Assembly: GCA_018985235.1 (NCBI GenBank)
Contig: JADGIG010000043.1
Span: forward strand, 1-33,449
Direction of reading: 5' to 3'
Origin: Sanchytrium tribonematis
Taxonomy: Eukaryota
Length of the DNA: 33,449 nucleotides
In this document: positions 11,196-21,700 of the stretch, piece after piece
How positions within the stretch are numbered: the stretch's first letter is position 1
Layout: each line of letters opens with the position of its first letter
Notes under the pieces: model-generated
What the model was told of the DNA's origin: nothing
Databases searched by the model: none
The model's input: the letters and a program-made list of their open reading frames with translations, nothing else
Translations under genes and position numbers: made by a program

Positions 11196-11223
11196 TCCCA
11201 ATTGAAGGGGAAATAGTTTGCAG

Positions 11224-12474
11224 ATGTCACTTCATCCGCAATGTAGACCAAAAGGTAACAAATACACTGATAATGGCTCAAGTGATCTAGGATGGTTCAC
11301 GATACTAGAAGAGTCAACAGTGTTTTACATTCTTTCATTATTAAGTCCAGGTTGTTTACTAAATTTTGGGCAAACTTGTAAGCATGGCTATGTTTGGTCT
11401 TGGTTTGATGAATTATGGAAGTCTTATTGTATGCGAGAAAACATACCAATCTACAAAAGTTCTTGGAGAAATTCATATACGAATGGAAACATTAAAAGTA
11501 ATTTAAATTGTACAGTTTACAACGATTTGATTTTTGACATTTACAGGTACTCTAATGCTGATTTGCCGTTTGCCAATTGCGATGTACCAGTTATAGAAGA
11601 TCCATCCTTGGAAGAATTTTTGCATTTTGAGAGGCAGCAAATACCTTGTTTGGTAAAAGGTGGTTGTAATAAGTGGTTAGCTCTAAAATTATGGACTTGG
11701 GAAAACTTTTCTAGTTTATGCGGAGATACTCTTTTTCAAGCCGAACAACTGGATATTAAGATGAGTGATTTTCTTTTGTATGCATTAGGTTCACCCAAGG
11801 ATGAGGCTCCAATATATTTATTTGATAAACACTTTATTGCTAATGTCCCAGAACTCTCACAGCATTTTGAAGTACCAGAATATTTTATCGACGACTTGTT
11901 CCAACATTTACCGGAAAGACCTGATTTTCGGTGGATTATTGTCGGACCAGAGCGCTCTGGAAGCACGTTTCACAAGGACCCTAATATGACGTCTGCATGG
12001 AACGCTGTGATTAAAGGCAAAAAGCTCTGGATTTTCTGCCCCCCTAACGTCACCCCGCCTGGCATTTATCCTAGTCCTGATGGTGGCGATGTCACAACTC
12101 CAGTTTCTCTGATGGATTGGTACATTAATTATAAGGACCAGTGTAAATGTCTTGAAGTCATCGCAGAAGAGGGTGACATAATGTATATTCCATCCGGTTG
12201 GTGGCATATGGTTATTAATTTGGAACCGTCTATTGCAATAACTCAAAACTACGTTAACCGATTTAATTTATTGAAAGTTCTCAAGTTTCTTAAAAACAAA
12301 AAAGACCAAATAAGTGGTATTAGCGATCTGGATTTATTTGACAAATGTATGAAATCTTTAGACAAAATTAAAGATTGCGAGATTCAATCCATTTTAAGAC
12401 AATTTAAAAAGAAAAAAGCACTAGACAATGCTTTTGTGTCACAGCATCAATTCAAATTTCAATTCGAACAGTAA
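11224..12474 (+). CDS. F-box + JmjC domain protein (JMJD6-related)
   Basis: N-terminal F-box-like segment (ILSLL...TCK...DELWK); YLFD, RPDFRWIIVGPERSGSTFHKDPN, PSGWWHMVINLE, AITQNYV with an HxD...H iron triad. Confidence 0.85.
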   Translation: MSLHPQCRPKGNKYTDNGSSDLGWFTILEESTVFYILSLLSPGCLLNFGQTCKHGYVWSWFDELWKSYCMRENIPIYKSSWRNSYTNGNIKSNLNCTVYNDLIFDIYRYSNADLPFANCDVPVIEDPSLEEFLHFERQQIPCLVKGGCNKWLALKLWTWENFSSLCGDTLFQAEQLDIKMSDFLLYALGSPKDEAPIYLFDKHFIANVPELSQHFEVPEYFIDDLFQHLPERPDFRWIIVGPERSGSTFHKDPNMTSAWNAVIKGKKLWIFCPPNVTPPGIYPSPDGGDVTTPVSLMDWYINYKDQCKCLEVIAEEGDIMYIPSGWWHMVINLEPSIAITQNYVNRFNLLKVLKFLKNKKDQISGISDLDLFDKCMKSLDKIKDCEIQSILRQFKKKKALDNAFVSQHQFKFQFEQ

Positions 12475-12476
12475 AT

Positions 12477-13382
12477 TTAAAAATAAGATTGCTTGAGCCT
12501 ATACTGTAAATGCTCCTTGGCAGTTAGACTGAATTTGTTTGCACTAGCTGTATATTCCATGCTGTTTTCTTCATATGCACGAGTATCAGAAGGAATTTTT
12601 TTAGATGGAATCAAGGTCAAGGGAGTCTCATCATATGGATGCAAGAAATATGCCATCGATTGCCTAGTTATGGTAGATTTGGTTGAAACAACTCTATGAA
12701 TTGCAGATTTAAAGTGGCCACCGGACCAAAATGATAATATGTCTCCTGCGTTGACGATCAAAGTATTTTCCATGGGAATTACAGGAATCCACTGCTCGTC
12801 GCAAAAAACTTCTAAGCCTCCAGTAAAATCTTGAAAAAGAAGAGTCATTGTTCCATAATCTGTATGTCCGCCAGCTATAATGGAATAACTACTACTTGGT
12901 GGATAATTTAACAATCTAAAAACGTCCCCAGATGGCTCATCAAATTTATGTTTGGAAGTGAAATAATCAGAACTTATTTCCAGAGCCTCAGCCAGATATC
13001 TCAACAAAGTCATAGCTACACGATGAAGATTTTTCTTAAACAGTTGAAAATTTTGGTTTTTGAATTCATCTGGATAATGCAAATCAATTGATTTTAGCAT
13101 GTTAAATGCTTCTTTGGGATCGGTTTCACTACTTAAATTTAATTTTTCTTGGTACAAAGAAGTGTATCCGAAATTTGATTCCAGATTATATTTGTATTTC
13201 ATTTTATAGTCAATTTCTTTTTCGAAAAATACTTTGCTAGATTTAAAGATAAATTTTGTGAGTTCTTGGTCAATTTTGTGTCCTTTCAGATAAAAAAATC
13301 CAAAATTGACTATCGCGTCTAAGAGTTTTGACTTTATTTGGAAAGTTTCTTCTTGCAAATCAATTGTAGGAATCGTAACCAT
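12477..13382 (-). CDS. 2-oxoglutarate/Fe(II) dioxygenase (IPNS/DIOX_N-like)
   Basis: IPTIDL, GFFYLKGH, RLLNYP, HTDYG, LLFQD..GGLEV, VNAGD, SAIHRV, RQS. Confidence 0.88.
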   Translation of the reverse strand: MVTIPTIDLQEETFQIKSKLLDAIVNFGFFYLKGHKIDQELTKFIFKSSKVFFEKEIDYKMKYKYNLESNFGYTSLYQEKLNLSSETDPKEAFNMLKSIDLHYPDEFKNQNFQLFKKNLHRVAMTLLRYLAEALEISSDYFTSKHKFDEPSGDVFRLLNYPPSSSYSIIAGGHTDYGTMTLLFQDFTGGLEVFCDEQWIPVIPMENTLIVNAGDILSFWSGGHFKSAIHRVVSTKSTITRQSMAYFLHPYDETPLTLIPSKKIPSDTRAYEENSMEYTASANKFSLTAKEHLQYRLKQSYF

Positions 13383-13398
13383 CGGAGAATTTCAAAAA

Positions 13399-14256
13399 TT
13401 ATTTATTTAACAAGGGTGCTTCTTCCTCGTCATTGTTTTCTGGATAGGAAGTTGAGCTAATGATTGAACCTATAATTACAAAGATGGCCCCAATGCACGA
13501 ATTCAACGCAATACCATTTCCGAAAAAAACAATGGAATAAAAAAATGCAAAAACAACGTCCAAATTGACAATTAAGGTGCCTGTGGAAGCTGGTATTTTT
13601 TGAAGTGCTGTGTTAAGATAATACTGCCCAAAATAGGATGATATAATTATCAATATAAGATATGGGTCTTTGGGAAATGCCCAACTTTGCGTAATAAGAA
13701 GCTCGATCCCAGCTAACACAATGGAGAAGAAATTAAATGAAAATATGCTAAATAAGGCGTGAGAATCCAAGCACTTGATGATTATGTAGACGAAAGAACT
13801 AGTTATAGCCCCGCCCAATGCAGCAATGACGCCAAGACTCATTTTATCTAACCTAAATTGTGGTGCAGCTACTAGCAGTGCGCCTGAAATGCATAGTACT
13901 AATGACAAGATATTCCTAGTGTTGATTGGCTCTCCAAGAATAAAGTAAGATAGTATTGTTGTCAGAATTGGAGACGATAAAAATATAATTGTAGCATCTT
14001 CCAACTTTAAATTTTGCACTGAGTAATAAAACAATCCAATCTCAATCGCACCCACTAACCCTCTTGCAATTAGTATTGGAATTTGCTGGCGCCCTAAATT
14101 TAATTTTCTGTAAAATATAGAGATAAAAGTGAAAAAAAATTGAACCAAACTTCTATGAAAAATAATACTTGTAGTAGTCATGGAACTCAATTTTACACTG
14201 AGAGTCATAACACTAAAGCAAAATGTCGAGAGAAACATTTCAGCGATTCCATTCAT
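13399..14256 (-). CDS. EamA/DMT family transporter (SLC35G-like)
   Basis: ~10 TM helices; ARGLVG, DATIIFLSSPILT..LGEP; acidic dileucine-like tail EEEAPLL. First ATG at 14256. Confidence 0.8.
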   Translation of the reverse strand: MNGIAEMFLSTFCFSVMTLSVKLSSMTTTSIIFHRSLVQFFFTFISIFYRKLNLGRQQIPILIARGLVGAIEIGLFYYSVQNLKLEDATIIFLSSPILTTILSYFILGEPINTRNILSLVLCISGALLVAAPQFRLDKMSLGVIAALGGAITSSFVYIIIKCLDSHALFSIFSFNFFSIVLAGIELLITQSWAFPKDPYLILIIISSYFGQYYLNTALQKIPASTGTLIVNLDVVFAFFYSIVFFGNGIALNSCIGAIFVIIGSIISSTSYPENNDEEEAPLLNK

Positions 14257-14460
14257 GACTAAAGAAGTGGGTAATATTTTTAAGCTTTTTGCAAATGGCT
14301 TGATGATGAAATGAAAATTCCGACAAGATATTTCAAATATATTTCCTCGCGAAGTTCTTGACAATAAATGCTGTTTTAATTAATGCACATGTCTTTATAC
14401 AGAATAGGCAGTTTTAAGTTTAAAATTTTGGTCTTGTTCGCGTCCAAAGCCACTTTTTTT

Positions 14461-15524
14461 ATGCCAGAATATCAATTCAACGCAAAAAGTATTTTCTTCT
14501 CATATAGCAGCTCGTTCTTTGCTTCAATCGCACTCATTAACTAACCCACCACCTTGTATTCAGCTTCTTGGAAAAGATAATAAAAACAGGGAATTGGACC
14601 TCGTTGACAGTATTATTGTGGGAAGAAGCACAAATCCATCTACTAAACCAAATCTAAATAATGGATATTTTGACAGTAAGGTTTTAAGTAGACAACATGC
14701 CAAATTTTATTCTGAAGGTGGAAAAGTTTTCTTGCAGGATATGGGAAGCGCGAATGGGACTTTTTTAAACAGCAAACGTTTAAGTGAAGAAGGACAAGAA
14801 AGTTCTCCAATTGAGGTGAAAGATAATGATGTTGTTTGCTTTGGAATTGATATTGTCGAAGACGGAAAACTTTTGTATGAAAAGGTAAACTTTACTGTTA
14901 AGTTTAACAATGAGCCTGTTCCAGTCACAATTCTAGAGAGTAGAGGTGCTTCTCTTGAAAAAAGTGCGTCTATAAAGCAACAGAAAGTGAAATCTGCGTC
15001 TATCAAAAATGAAAAACCCGAATTGCCAGCCAAGCCAATAGATAACTTGGTCCAAGCGGTGCAACAAAGTGTACAAAAAGTACAAGAGCAAACAAATGAG
15101 ATCTCCAAAATACAGACGCAATTGCAGTCTATTAATGATCCAAAAATTGATTCAAAAATTGATTCAAAAATTGTCGAGTTGCAGATACAACATCAAAACG
15201 ATTTGGCAATTTACAACAAAAGAATCTCAAATTTAGAACAAACAACTGTAAAATTAAATTCTGTTGTCGATCAGCTACTTTCGAAACTTGCAAGTGATAG
15301 TGAAATAAGAAAACAAGAGCAATTACAATTACAATCTCAGTTTTCCACACTACAAAAAACAAACCAAGAACTACTTCAAAAGCTTAAAGTTAGCGGAAAT
15401 GATGTTAAATCAAATAGAGTATTGACTGCTTATTTAGACAGATGGGAAACATTGGATACTTCCGCTTTTAAGTATCACAATTGCAATAGGAGCTTATTTT
15501 GCCATAGTAACTAGAGATCAATAA
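14461..15524 (+). CDS. FHA + coiled-coil tail-anchored protein (SLMAP/Far9-Far10-like); join(14461..14488,14508..15418,15438..15524)
   Basis: FHA motifs VGRS, NGYFDSKVLSRQHA, DMGSANGTFLN, FGIDI; Q/K-rich coiled coil. Splicing supplies an ATG and a C-terminal TM (WILPLLSITIAIGAYFAIV). Confidence 0.82.
14489..14507 (+). other. 19-nt intron (gtattttcttctcatatag)
   Basis: Links ATG 14461 in frame to the FHA ORF, which otherwise has no ATG before the FHA domain; followed by a tandem CAG (NAGNAG). Confidence 0.78.
15141..15173 (+). repeat. 12-nt coding tandem repeat (caaaaattgatt, ~2.7 copies; KIDSKIDSKI)
   Basis: Directly visible in the sequence. Confidence 0.8.
15419..15437 (+). other. 19-nt intron (gtattgactgcttatttag)
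   Basis: Removal gives the hydrophobic tail anchor expected for SLMAP/Far9 and a CAATAAA stop. Confidence 0.85.
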
Positions 15525-15803
15525 ATTGTCAAGCTATCAATTTTACAACTTCATATCAAAATACTTTTTGACATCACATCATAACAGAATCTTGAATTTG
15601 GGGCAAAATGTGAAATTTGAGATCTTCTTAGCAGGAGCAAGTCAATGTAGACCATAGCAATTGTACAAGAGACTTCAAACCATTGAATTGATGATGAATT
15701 TTCAGCCAAGGATATCGCAAGGTACTTGTTCTAATTTTGATTGGTCGGATGTTAATGTTAATTCCAACATAAGTTAAATGATCCCAATAGATTAATTGTG
15801 ACA

Positions 15804-16829
15804 ATGTTTCTTTTGAATACACTATTCAACGGATTGTCAATATCTCCCAGCGACGCAAAAGCTGCTGTGACCAAATTTGCCAGTACGCCACAAGTTCAAC
15901 AACTAGTGAAAATGGTTGAGTCGTCACCTGCTTCTACACCTAGTGCACAATCAGCTGCTCCTTCTGCTCAAGTCCCAACATTAAGTCCACCTAGCCTCAC
16001 TGCTCCACCACTTCCACCTGCAAAAGTCGAAGACTCTACTCCTTCTCCAGCAGAATCACCCCAAACTGCTTCCGCGCCATCTGAGCCTACCACAAAAGCA
16101 GTGGATCCTACAGGAACAACCCAGCCTGCCACTAAGAATAGTTCAAATTATTCTAATAAACAGGACGGATCAGGAGAAAATTATTCAACTACCACTATTG
16201 TCTTGCCAGTTTGTGGAGCTGTAGTGTTTCTTATTGGAGGAGCTTACTTTATCAAGAGACGTAACAAAAAGAAGCAGTCCAGTGCGATCTTTAACTCAGA
16301 GAGATCCTTAAGTGACGATGACTCTTCTTCAGGTCATCATAGCATTTTTTCAGATCAAAGACACATGGCAGAAACGAGTCAATACAATGATCAGCGCAAC
16401 ACTGTACAAACAGTTTCAACTTTGGATTCAAGGGGACGAAGTACTGAGTATTCTGATTATCAAAATACAAACTATAAGTCAGGTTTTAGTTCACAATACG
16501 TATCCGATTCTGACTACAATGGAGGTACTGCTTATTCAGAATTTTCAGAGCAAATGCAATTACCAGAAGTTGAAAGAATGTCGCATTTATCTGTAAGCAA
16601 TATTTTGACAAGTGATGGTGATGCGGATACAGTTGCTGGTACGCAATACAACAGCCAATTTCAGTCATACTATACAAGTGATTCTCGAGTCAGTGGAATC
16701 TCTGAATATAGCGAATATTCGGAATTGAGTGTCTACACCGAGGACACAAGCAGCAGCTACCAACCATCACAAAATTATTCTGTTTATAGTGAAAGTGAAA
16801 TTGAAAACGATTCCATAAATTATCAGTAA
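15804..16829 (+). CDS. Single-pass membrane protein with S/T/P-rich ectodomain and Ser/Tyr-rich cytoplasmic tail
   Basis: Hydrophobic N-terminus, PST-rich region, TM IVLPVCGAVVFLIGGAYFI, KRRNKKK stop-transfer, then a low-complexity S/Y/E tail. Confidence 0.75.
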   Translation: MFLLNTLFNGLSISPSDAKAAVTKFASTPQVQQLVKMVESSPASTPSAQSAAPSAQVPTLSPPSLTAPPLPPAKVEDSTPSPAESPQTASAPSEPTTKAVDPTGTTQPATKNSSNYSNKQDGSGENYSTTTIVLPVCGAVVFLIGGAYFIKRRNKKKQSSAIFNSERSLSDDDSSSGHHSIFSDQRHMAETSQYNDQRNTVQTVSTLDSRGRSTEYSDYQNTNYKSGFSSQYVSDSDYNGGTAYSEFSEQMQLPEVERMSHLSVSNILTSDGDADTVAGTQYNSQFQSYYTSDSRVSGISEYSEYSELSVYTEDTSSSYQPSQNYSVYSESEIENDSINYQ

Positions 16830-16869
16830 AGATGCAATATTTAAATTTTATTTTTTTCGAAACTAAGAA

Positions 16870-17693
16870 ATGCTTGCAACTTTTAACAAAAATCTATTCA
16901 AAAACAAATTGGCGTTAATAACCGGTGGTGGCTCAGGAATAAATTTGGGAATCACAAAAGCATTGATGCAATTGGGCTGCACGACTATCATTGTTAGTAG
17001 GAATCTAGAAAAGCTCAGAGCTGCCTCTGACAGGTTACAAAATGAAACGAACGAAAAATGCCACATTATTAGTGCTGATGTAAGAAAATTCGAGGATTTG
17101 GAATCGAAAATTAAAGATAAATTGACTTCTTTGGGCAAACAGCTTGACTACTTGATATGTGGTGCAGCCGGAAATTTTCTAGTACCATTTAAGGACATGA
17201 GTCCCAATGCATTTAAAACAGTCATAGATATAGATTTGGTAGGCACTTTTCATACCATCAAAGCATGCTCACCATTTATTAAAAAAGATCCAAGTTCTGT
17301 TATCATTAATATGTCCGCAACTCTTCAGTATATGAATATGCCACTACAAGCGCATGCGTCAGCTGCCAAAGCTGCAATAGACAGTTTAACGATAACCTTG
17401 GCGAACGAGCTGGCTCCCATTAGAGTTGTAGCGATTGCACCGGGGCCTATTGAGGGTAATTTTTTGCTTATTAAGGAACTGAAGGACTCACAAGATTAAT
17501 GCCCCCAAATTTCAGAGAGGAAAAGCTGAGTTTGATTCCAATGAAAAGATTTGGAACAGCGGAAGATATCGCGGGTGCGGCTGTGTATTTGTGCTCACCT
17601 GCAGCATCTTATGTTACAGCTACAATTCTTGTTGTTGATGGAGGAAGTTGGAGATCTGATGGTATGATTTTTAAACTGTCTTCAAAATTATAA
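16870..17693 (+). CDS. DECR2: Peroxisomal 2,4-dienoyl-CoA reductase (DECR2/Sps19-like SDR); join(16870..17455,17476..17693)
   Basis: [47 protein letters not shown] restored by splicing, VVDGG, C-terminal PTS1 SKL. Confidence 0.9.
17456..17475 (+). other. 20-nt intron (gtaattttttgcttattaag)
   Basis: Joins ORFs 16870 and 17499 in frame and rebuilds PGPIEGTEG. Confidence 0.92.
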
Positions 17694-17695
17694 AT

Positions 17696-18706
17696 TTATT
17701 CACAAACAAAAGCATGATTTATCAGATCTGTAACAGTCGGCCGTTTTTCAGGTGCTCTATGTAAACACCACTGCATCACCTGCATCGCATTTCTTTTGGT
17801 ATTGGGGTAATTTATTGCGAAAGTGGGATCAGGGATGGCTTGCAATTTCTGATACATGTTTAAAGAATGAAATGGTGGTTGTCCATAAATCATTTTATAA
17901 AGTATGCATCCCAAGCTCCAAACATCGCTCGGCCTTCCTTGCTTATAAGTTGATTTGGTTTTGGAATTGACTAATATAGCTTCTGGGCTCATGAAATTCA
18001 GTGTTCCTACTCCGTCTTCCCTTTCTATATGCGTTGTGTCGTTTCCAATCTTTCTTGCGATACCAAAATCACTTAATTTTAGATGGCCAGAAACCAAAAT
18101 GAAGTTTGCGGGTTTTAAATCACTGTGAACAATTCTATGATGATGCACAACTTTCACAGCCTCGAGCATTTCTTTCCAATAAACTCTTATATAGCACATT
18201 TCAAGTCCACCTTTTTCTAAATGGCATCTGATAAGTTTGTCTAAATCCATTTGGCCCAATTCTAATATCATCAATATGGTTCCTTCTCGCTCATCAATTT
18301 CATACTCATACAGACTTATGATTCTCTCTTCCTTAGATAAACTTTCTAATAATTTGATTTCTTCGATAAACATTGGAAGTTCTTCCGAATTTACATTAAC
18401 ATTTTTCAGAGCAAATTGCTTAAAGGAGGAGTTAATAACCTTGAACACATTTGAACTGCCACCTTTTCCTATCTTTTCTACTTCCAAAAATTTTTGATTT
18501 TCTACGCTCCAATATTTTCTATTTTCCGTCTCAAAAAACGAGTCAGCAGCTGCAACTGATGTTGGTTCGAAGAGCATCCTCATTCTTGAATTATCAACTT
18601 TTATAGGCGTTTCTTGCACATAGTGTTCTGGAGAAGCCTCGAACAATTCTTTTTGCAATTGCCTAAGCTTTGTATAAGGAGTTTCTTCAAATTCACTTCG
18701 AATCAT
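17696..18706 (-). CDS. MPS1: Mps1/TTK spindle-checkpoint kinase
   Basis: IGKGGSSNVF, YWKEMLEAV, IVHSDLKPANF, DFGIA..IGNDTTHI.R...VGTLNFMSPEA, SDVWSLGCILYKMIYG. Confidence 0.88.
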   Translation of the reverse strand: MIRSEFEETPYTKLRQLQKELFEASPEHYVQETPIKVDNSRMRMLFEPTSVAAADSFFETENRKYWSVENQKFLEVEKIGKGGSSNVFKVINSSFKQFALKNVNVNSEELPMFIEEIKLLESLSKEERIISLYEYEIDEREGTILMILELGQMDLDKLIRCHLEKGGLEMCYIRVYWKEMLEAVKVVHHHRIVHSDLKPANFILVSGHLKLSDFGIARKIGNDTTHIEREDGVGTLNFMSPEAILVNSKTKSTYKQGRPSDVWSLGCILYKMIYGQPPFHSLNMYQKLQAIPDPTFAINYPNTKRNAMQVMQWCLHRAPEKRPTVTDLINHAFVCE

Positions 18707-18735
18707 TTCGTTTTAAAAAACAAATTTTCAACACA

Positions 18736-19920
18736 ATGGGGTCAAGTTTCGCAGCTACAATCATTGGGATCGTTTTAATTTATCGTCTAGATAAGATTTT
18801 AAATTTTACTTATTTACTACTTAAGAATTGTATCATTTATGAGCCATATACTATTGAGGAATATTTTGAGAAGCTGAAAATGAAGAAAAAGCAATTAGAA
18901 TTTGACATAGAAGCAAGCTACAAGGACATATCCAACATTGGGCTAAGGGGTAGATTAATACAACCAAAAAATTATATAATCAAAACGGGAGCATTAGATA
19001 ACGTTTTCTTTTTTGAACAGTTTCAACAATTGACATTATTTAGCTATTCTGCACTGCTAGTTGTTATGCTGTCTCACTTTTTAGAAATGGTTTTTCCGAA
19101 TGACAACGGAATTTTGAATTTAAATCTGGGTATCACCTGGTCATTGTTTGCGTTATTCATACAAATTTTATTTATGGCTCTATCAATTGAAGATAAATCG
19201 CAGCTAATAATGGTTGGATTAGCTGCCACACAAGGATTTTTTGTGGCTAGTTTATTTACGATTCACACTGGGTTTGGCCAGCCTTTAAAGGTTGTATTTC
19301 AAGATTTCAAATTATATTTAAGTGGAACAACGTGGGCAACATCGATGGTAATTTCTGAGAAATACTTTTTGTTGTTCTTGACTCTATATTGCGCCATTGT
19401 TTCCAGTGTGCTGACTGTGCCATCGTTAAGAAAATTTAAAACCTATCTGATTTCCACGGCAAGGGAGACTGATTCGGTTTTGTTATCTATGTTGCATTTT
19501 GAGCTTCTGTCTCCTTTGATGGTAGTCATTTCACTTTTGTACTTTAAAAGCTCAATTTTTGGTCATCTTATATGTCTTATAGACATAACAATCAACTTTT
19601 ACTTATTTAAAAGCCATGCGCAGTGGTTTCTTAATTTAGCAAAAATCAAAACAGCCAGTATCGCTCTCATTCCTGGAAAAACAAAGGTGCAAATATTTAT
19701 TAATACAATCAAATATTTAAATGGTTATAGTTGCGTCGCATTTGTTCAACTTTTGGCGCCAATACTTTTGAAATCACAAGTATACATAATGTATCTCCTC
19801 AGACCACATGCTTTCTGGTGGTTTATGCTTGTATGGACTTGCCTTAATCAAATTTGTTTATCAATGGTGGCAATATTTATAAATGTGGTGTTTCAAAGAA
19901 AAATACCAATCGTAGAATAA
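18736..19920 (+). CDS. TMEM161-like multi-pass membrane protein
   Basis: PSLR, SHAQWFLNLA and YSCVAFVQLLAPILL resemble TMEM161 motifs (PGLR, HLQAYLNLA, YLCV..LQY.AP); recognised from memory. ATG at 18736. Confidence 0.65.
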   Translation: MGSSFAATIIGIVLIYRLDKILNFTYLLLKNCIIYEPYTIEEYFEKLKMKKKQLEFDIEASYKDISNIGLRGRLIQPKNYIIKTGALDNVFFFEQFQQLTLFSYSALLVVMLSHFLEMVFPNDNGILNLNLGITWSLFALFIQILFMALSIEDKSQLIMVGLAATQGFFVASLFTIHTGFGQPLKVVFQDFKLYLSGTTWATSMVISEKYFLLFLTLYCAIVSSVLTVPSLRKFKTYLISTARETDSVLLSMLHFELLSPLMVVISLLYFKSSIFGHLICLIDITINFYLFKSHAQWFLNLAKIKTASIALIPGKTKVQIFINTIKYLNGYSCVAFVQLLAPILLKSQVYIMYLLRPHAFWWFMLVWTCLNQICLSMVAIFINVVFQRKIPIVE

Positions 19921-19923
19921 AAT

Positions 19924-21487
19924 TTATTCGAATTTGATTCCTTGAGCCAATGGGAGTTTACCAGAGTAATTAATAGTGCAAGTTTGCTGTCTACAGTATT
20001 GTTTCCAAGCGTCACTTCCTGATTCTCTGCCCCATCCAGTTTCTTTATTTCCACCGAATGCACCTCCAATTTCTGCGCCATTTGTTGGGATATTTACGTT
20101 GACTATCCCACAATCCGATCCACTTGGCCCGATCCATTTAAAAATATTTGACAAATTATTTGTAAAAAGGGATGACGAAAGCCCTTGGCTTACATTATTG
20201 TTGATATCAATTGCTTCCTTTAAATTCTAAATAAAAATGCTATACCTTGACCTTGACACAATGCACCACAGGAACAAACACTTCCTCCTTTAGGATATTT
20301 GATTCTTTAGAAAGTTCGGAAATGGTCGGATATACAAAATTACCGTTACACCCTTCGTGTTTCTTTGAATCAGAGCTAATAACTTTTCCACCATATCTTA
20401 TCTTTCCACCATCTTTTTTTATATTAGAAATAAGTTTTTCATAGTCTTGTAATTGTTTGTCTGTATGCAAGGGGCCACAAAGTGTTCCGGGAGTCAAGGG
20501 GTCTCCAATCTTTACTTGTTTATAAGCTTTTTCTAATTTATCAACGAATTCCTCATATATGTCTTCATGCAAAATAAGTCTTCTGACAGTAGTGCATCGT
20601 TGACCAGCAGTACCGACAGCTGCAAACAGAGTAGCACGCACCGCCACATCTATATCTGCATCATTCATTACAATTAAAGCATTATTGCCTCCTAGCTCTA
20701 ACAATGTTTTCCCACACCAGTTGGACCTTTCTTTAGATACCAGCTTCCCGATTTTGGTACTACCAGTAAAACTTAATAGTTGAACACGTTTGTCATTTGC
20801 CAAGGTTTTACCAACATCTGCCTGTCCAAGAACAAGACTACTTAATGCAGGTGATAGGGAATTTCGCTTTAAAACCTTTCTGACTATTTTCGTTGTTGCG
20901 ATTGCAGTCAGTGGTGTTGTAGGTGCGGGTTTCCACAAAATTGAATTTCCTGTAATCCAGGCCAATGCTGCATTCCATCCAAACACAGCGTTGGGGAAAT
21001 TGAATGCAGTAATAACTCCTACTACTCCTAAAGGATTAAACACTTCAAGCATTGCATGTCCAGGTCTTTCAGAAGGAATAACCTTACCATTTAGCATGCG
21101 GCTTAGTCCAACTGCATAGTCGCAAATGTCAATTGTCTCTTGCACTTCTCCCAATGCTTCTTGGTAAATTTTACCCATTTCCATGCTGATTATTAAAGCA
21201 AGTTCACCCTTATTTTTAGATATTTCATCCCGAATGTCCTTAACTATTAGGCCTCTTTGCGGAGCTGGTATGTCTCTGAATTGCAAATATGCGGAATGTG
21301 CATCTTTTATGGCGAATTTCATTTCCTCAACTGTATTTTCTTTAACGGTGGCCAATACTTTGTTTGTACTTGGATTAATAACTTTTATATCTCCAACGTC
21401 TTTGAAGTACTTTTCTTTTACACTGAGCCATTCCCCAGGTAATGCTGTTGGCAATTTTATATGTAGTCGACGAGCAAATTGCAGCAT
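19924..21487 (-). CDS. ALDH7A1: Aldehyde dehydrogenase family 7 (antiquitin); join of 21487..20246 and 20226..19924
   Basis: [93 protein letters not shown]. Confidence 0.92.
20227..20245 (-). other. 19-nt intron (gtatagcatttttatttag)
   Basis: Removal gives [26 protein letters not shown], the conserved ALDH7 segment. Confidence 0.93.
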
Positions 21488-21700
21488 CAAAATTGTTTGA
21501 AAAATTTAAATCTAAAAATATTTACTGATACTAAGATTACAAGTTGAAAACGGCTTTTTTGAGACACGGTACATAAACAGGATGAAATATTGCGACCAGA
21601 ACTTTAACATTCCAAGCCAAACAAATAAGGAGAACTAGGGAAGTAATCATAGATTTCCTTGTTTGAGAATTAAAGGACCAAAAAAATTAAAAAAAGATTT

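Noticed and set aside
15628..15822. 64-aa minus-strand ORF in a longer spacer; likewise 22940-23152
   Set aside because: Short, no motifs, overlap neighbouring gene starts; more likely promoter DNA.
21615..21666. Imperfect hairpin in the ALDH7-YDJ1 spacer, possible ncRNA
   Set aside because: Weak bulged stem with no snoRNA boxes, Sm site or tRNA features recognised; would need an Infernal/Rfam search.
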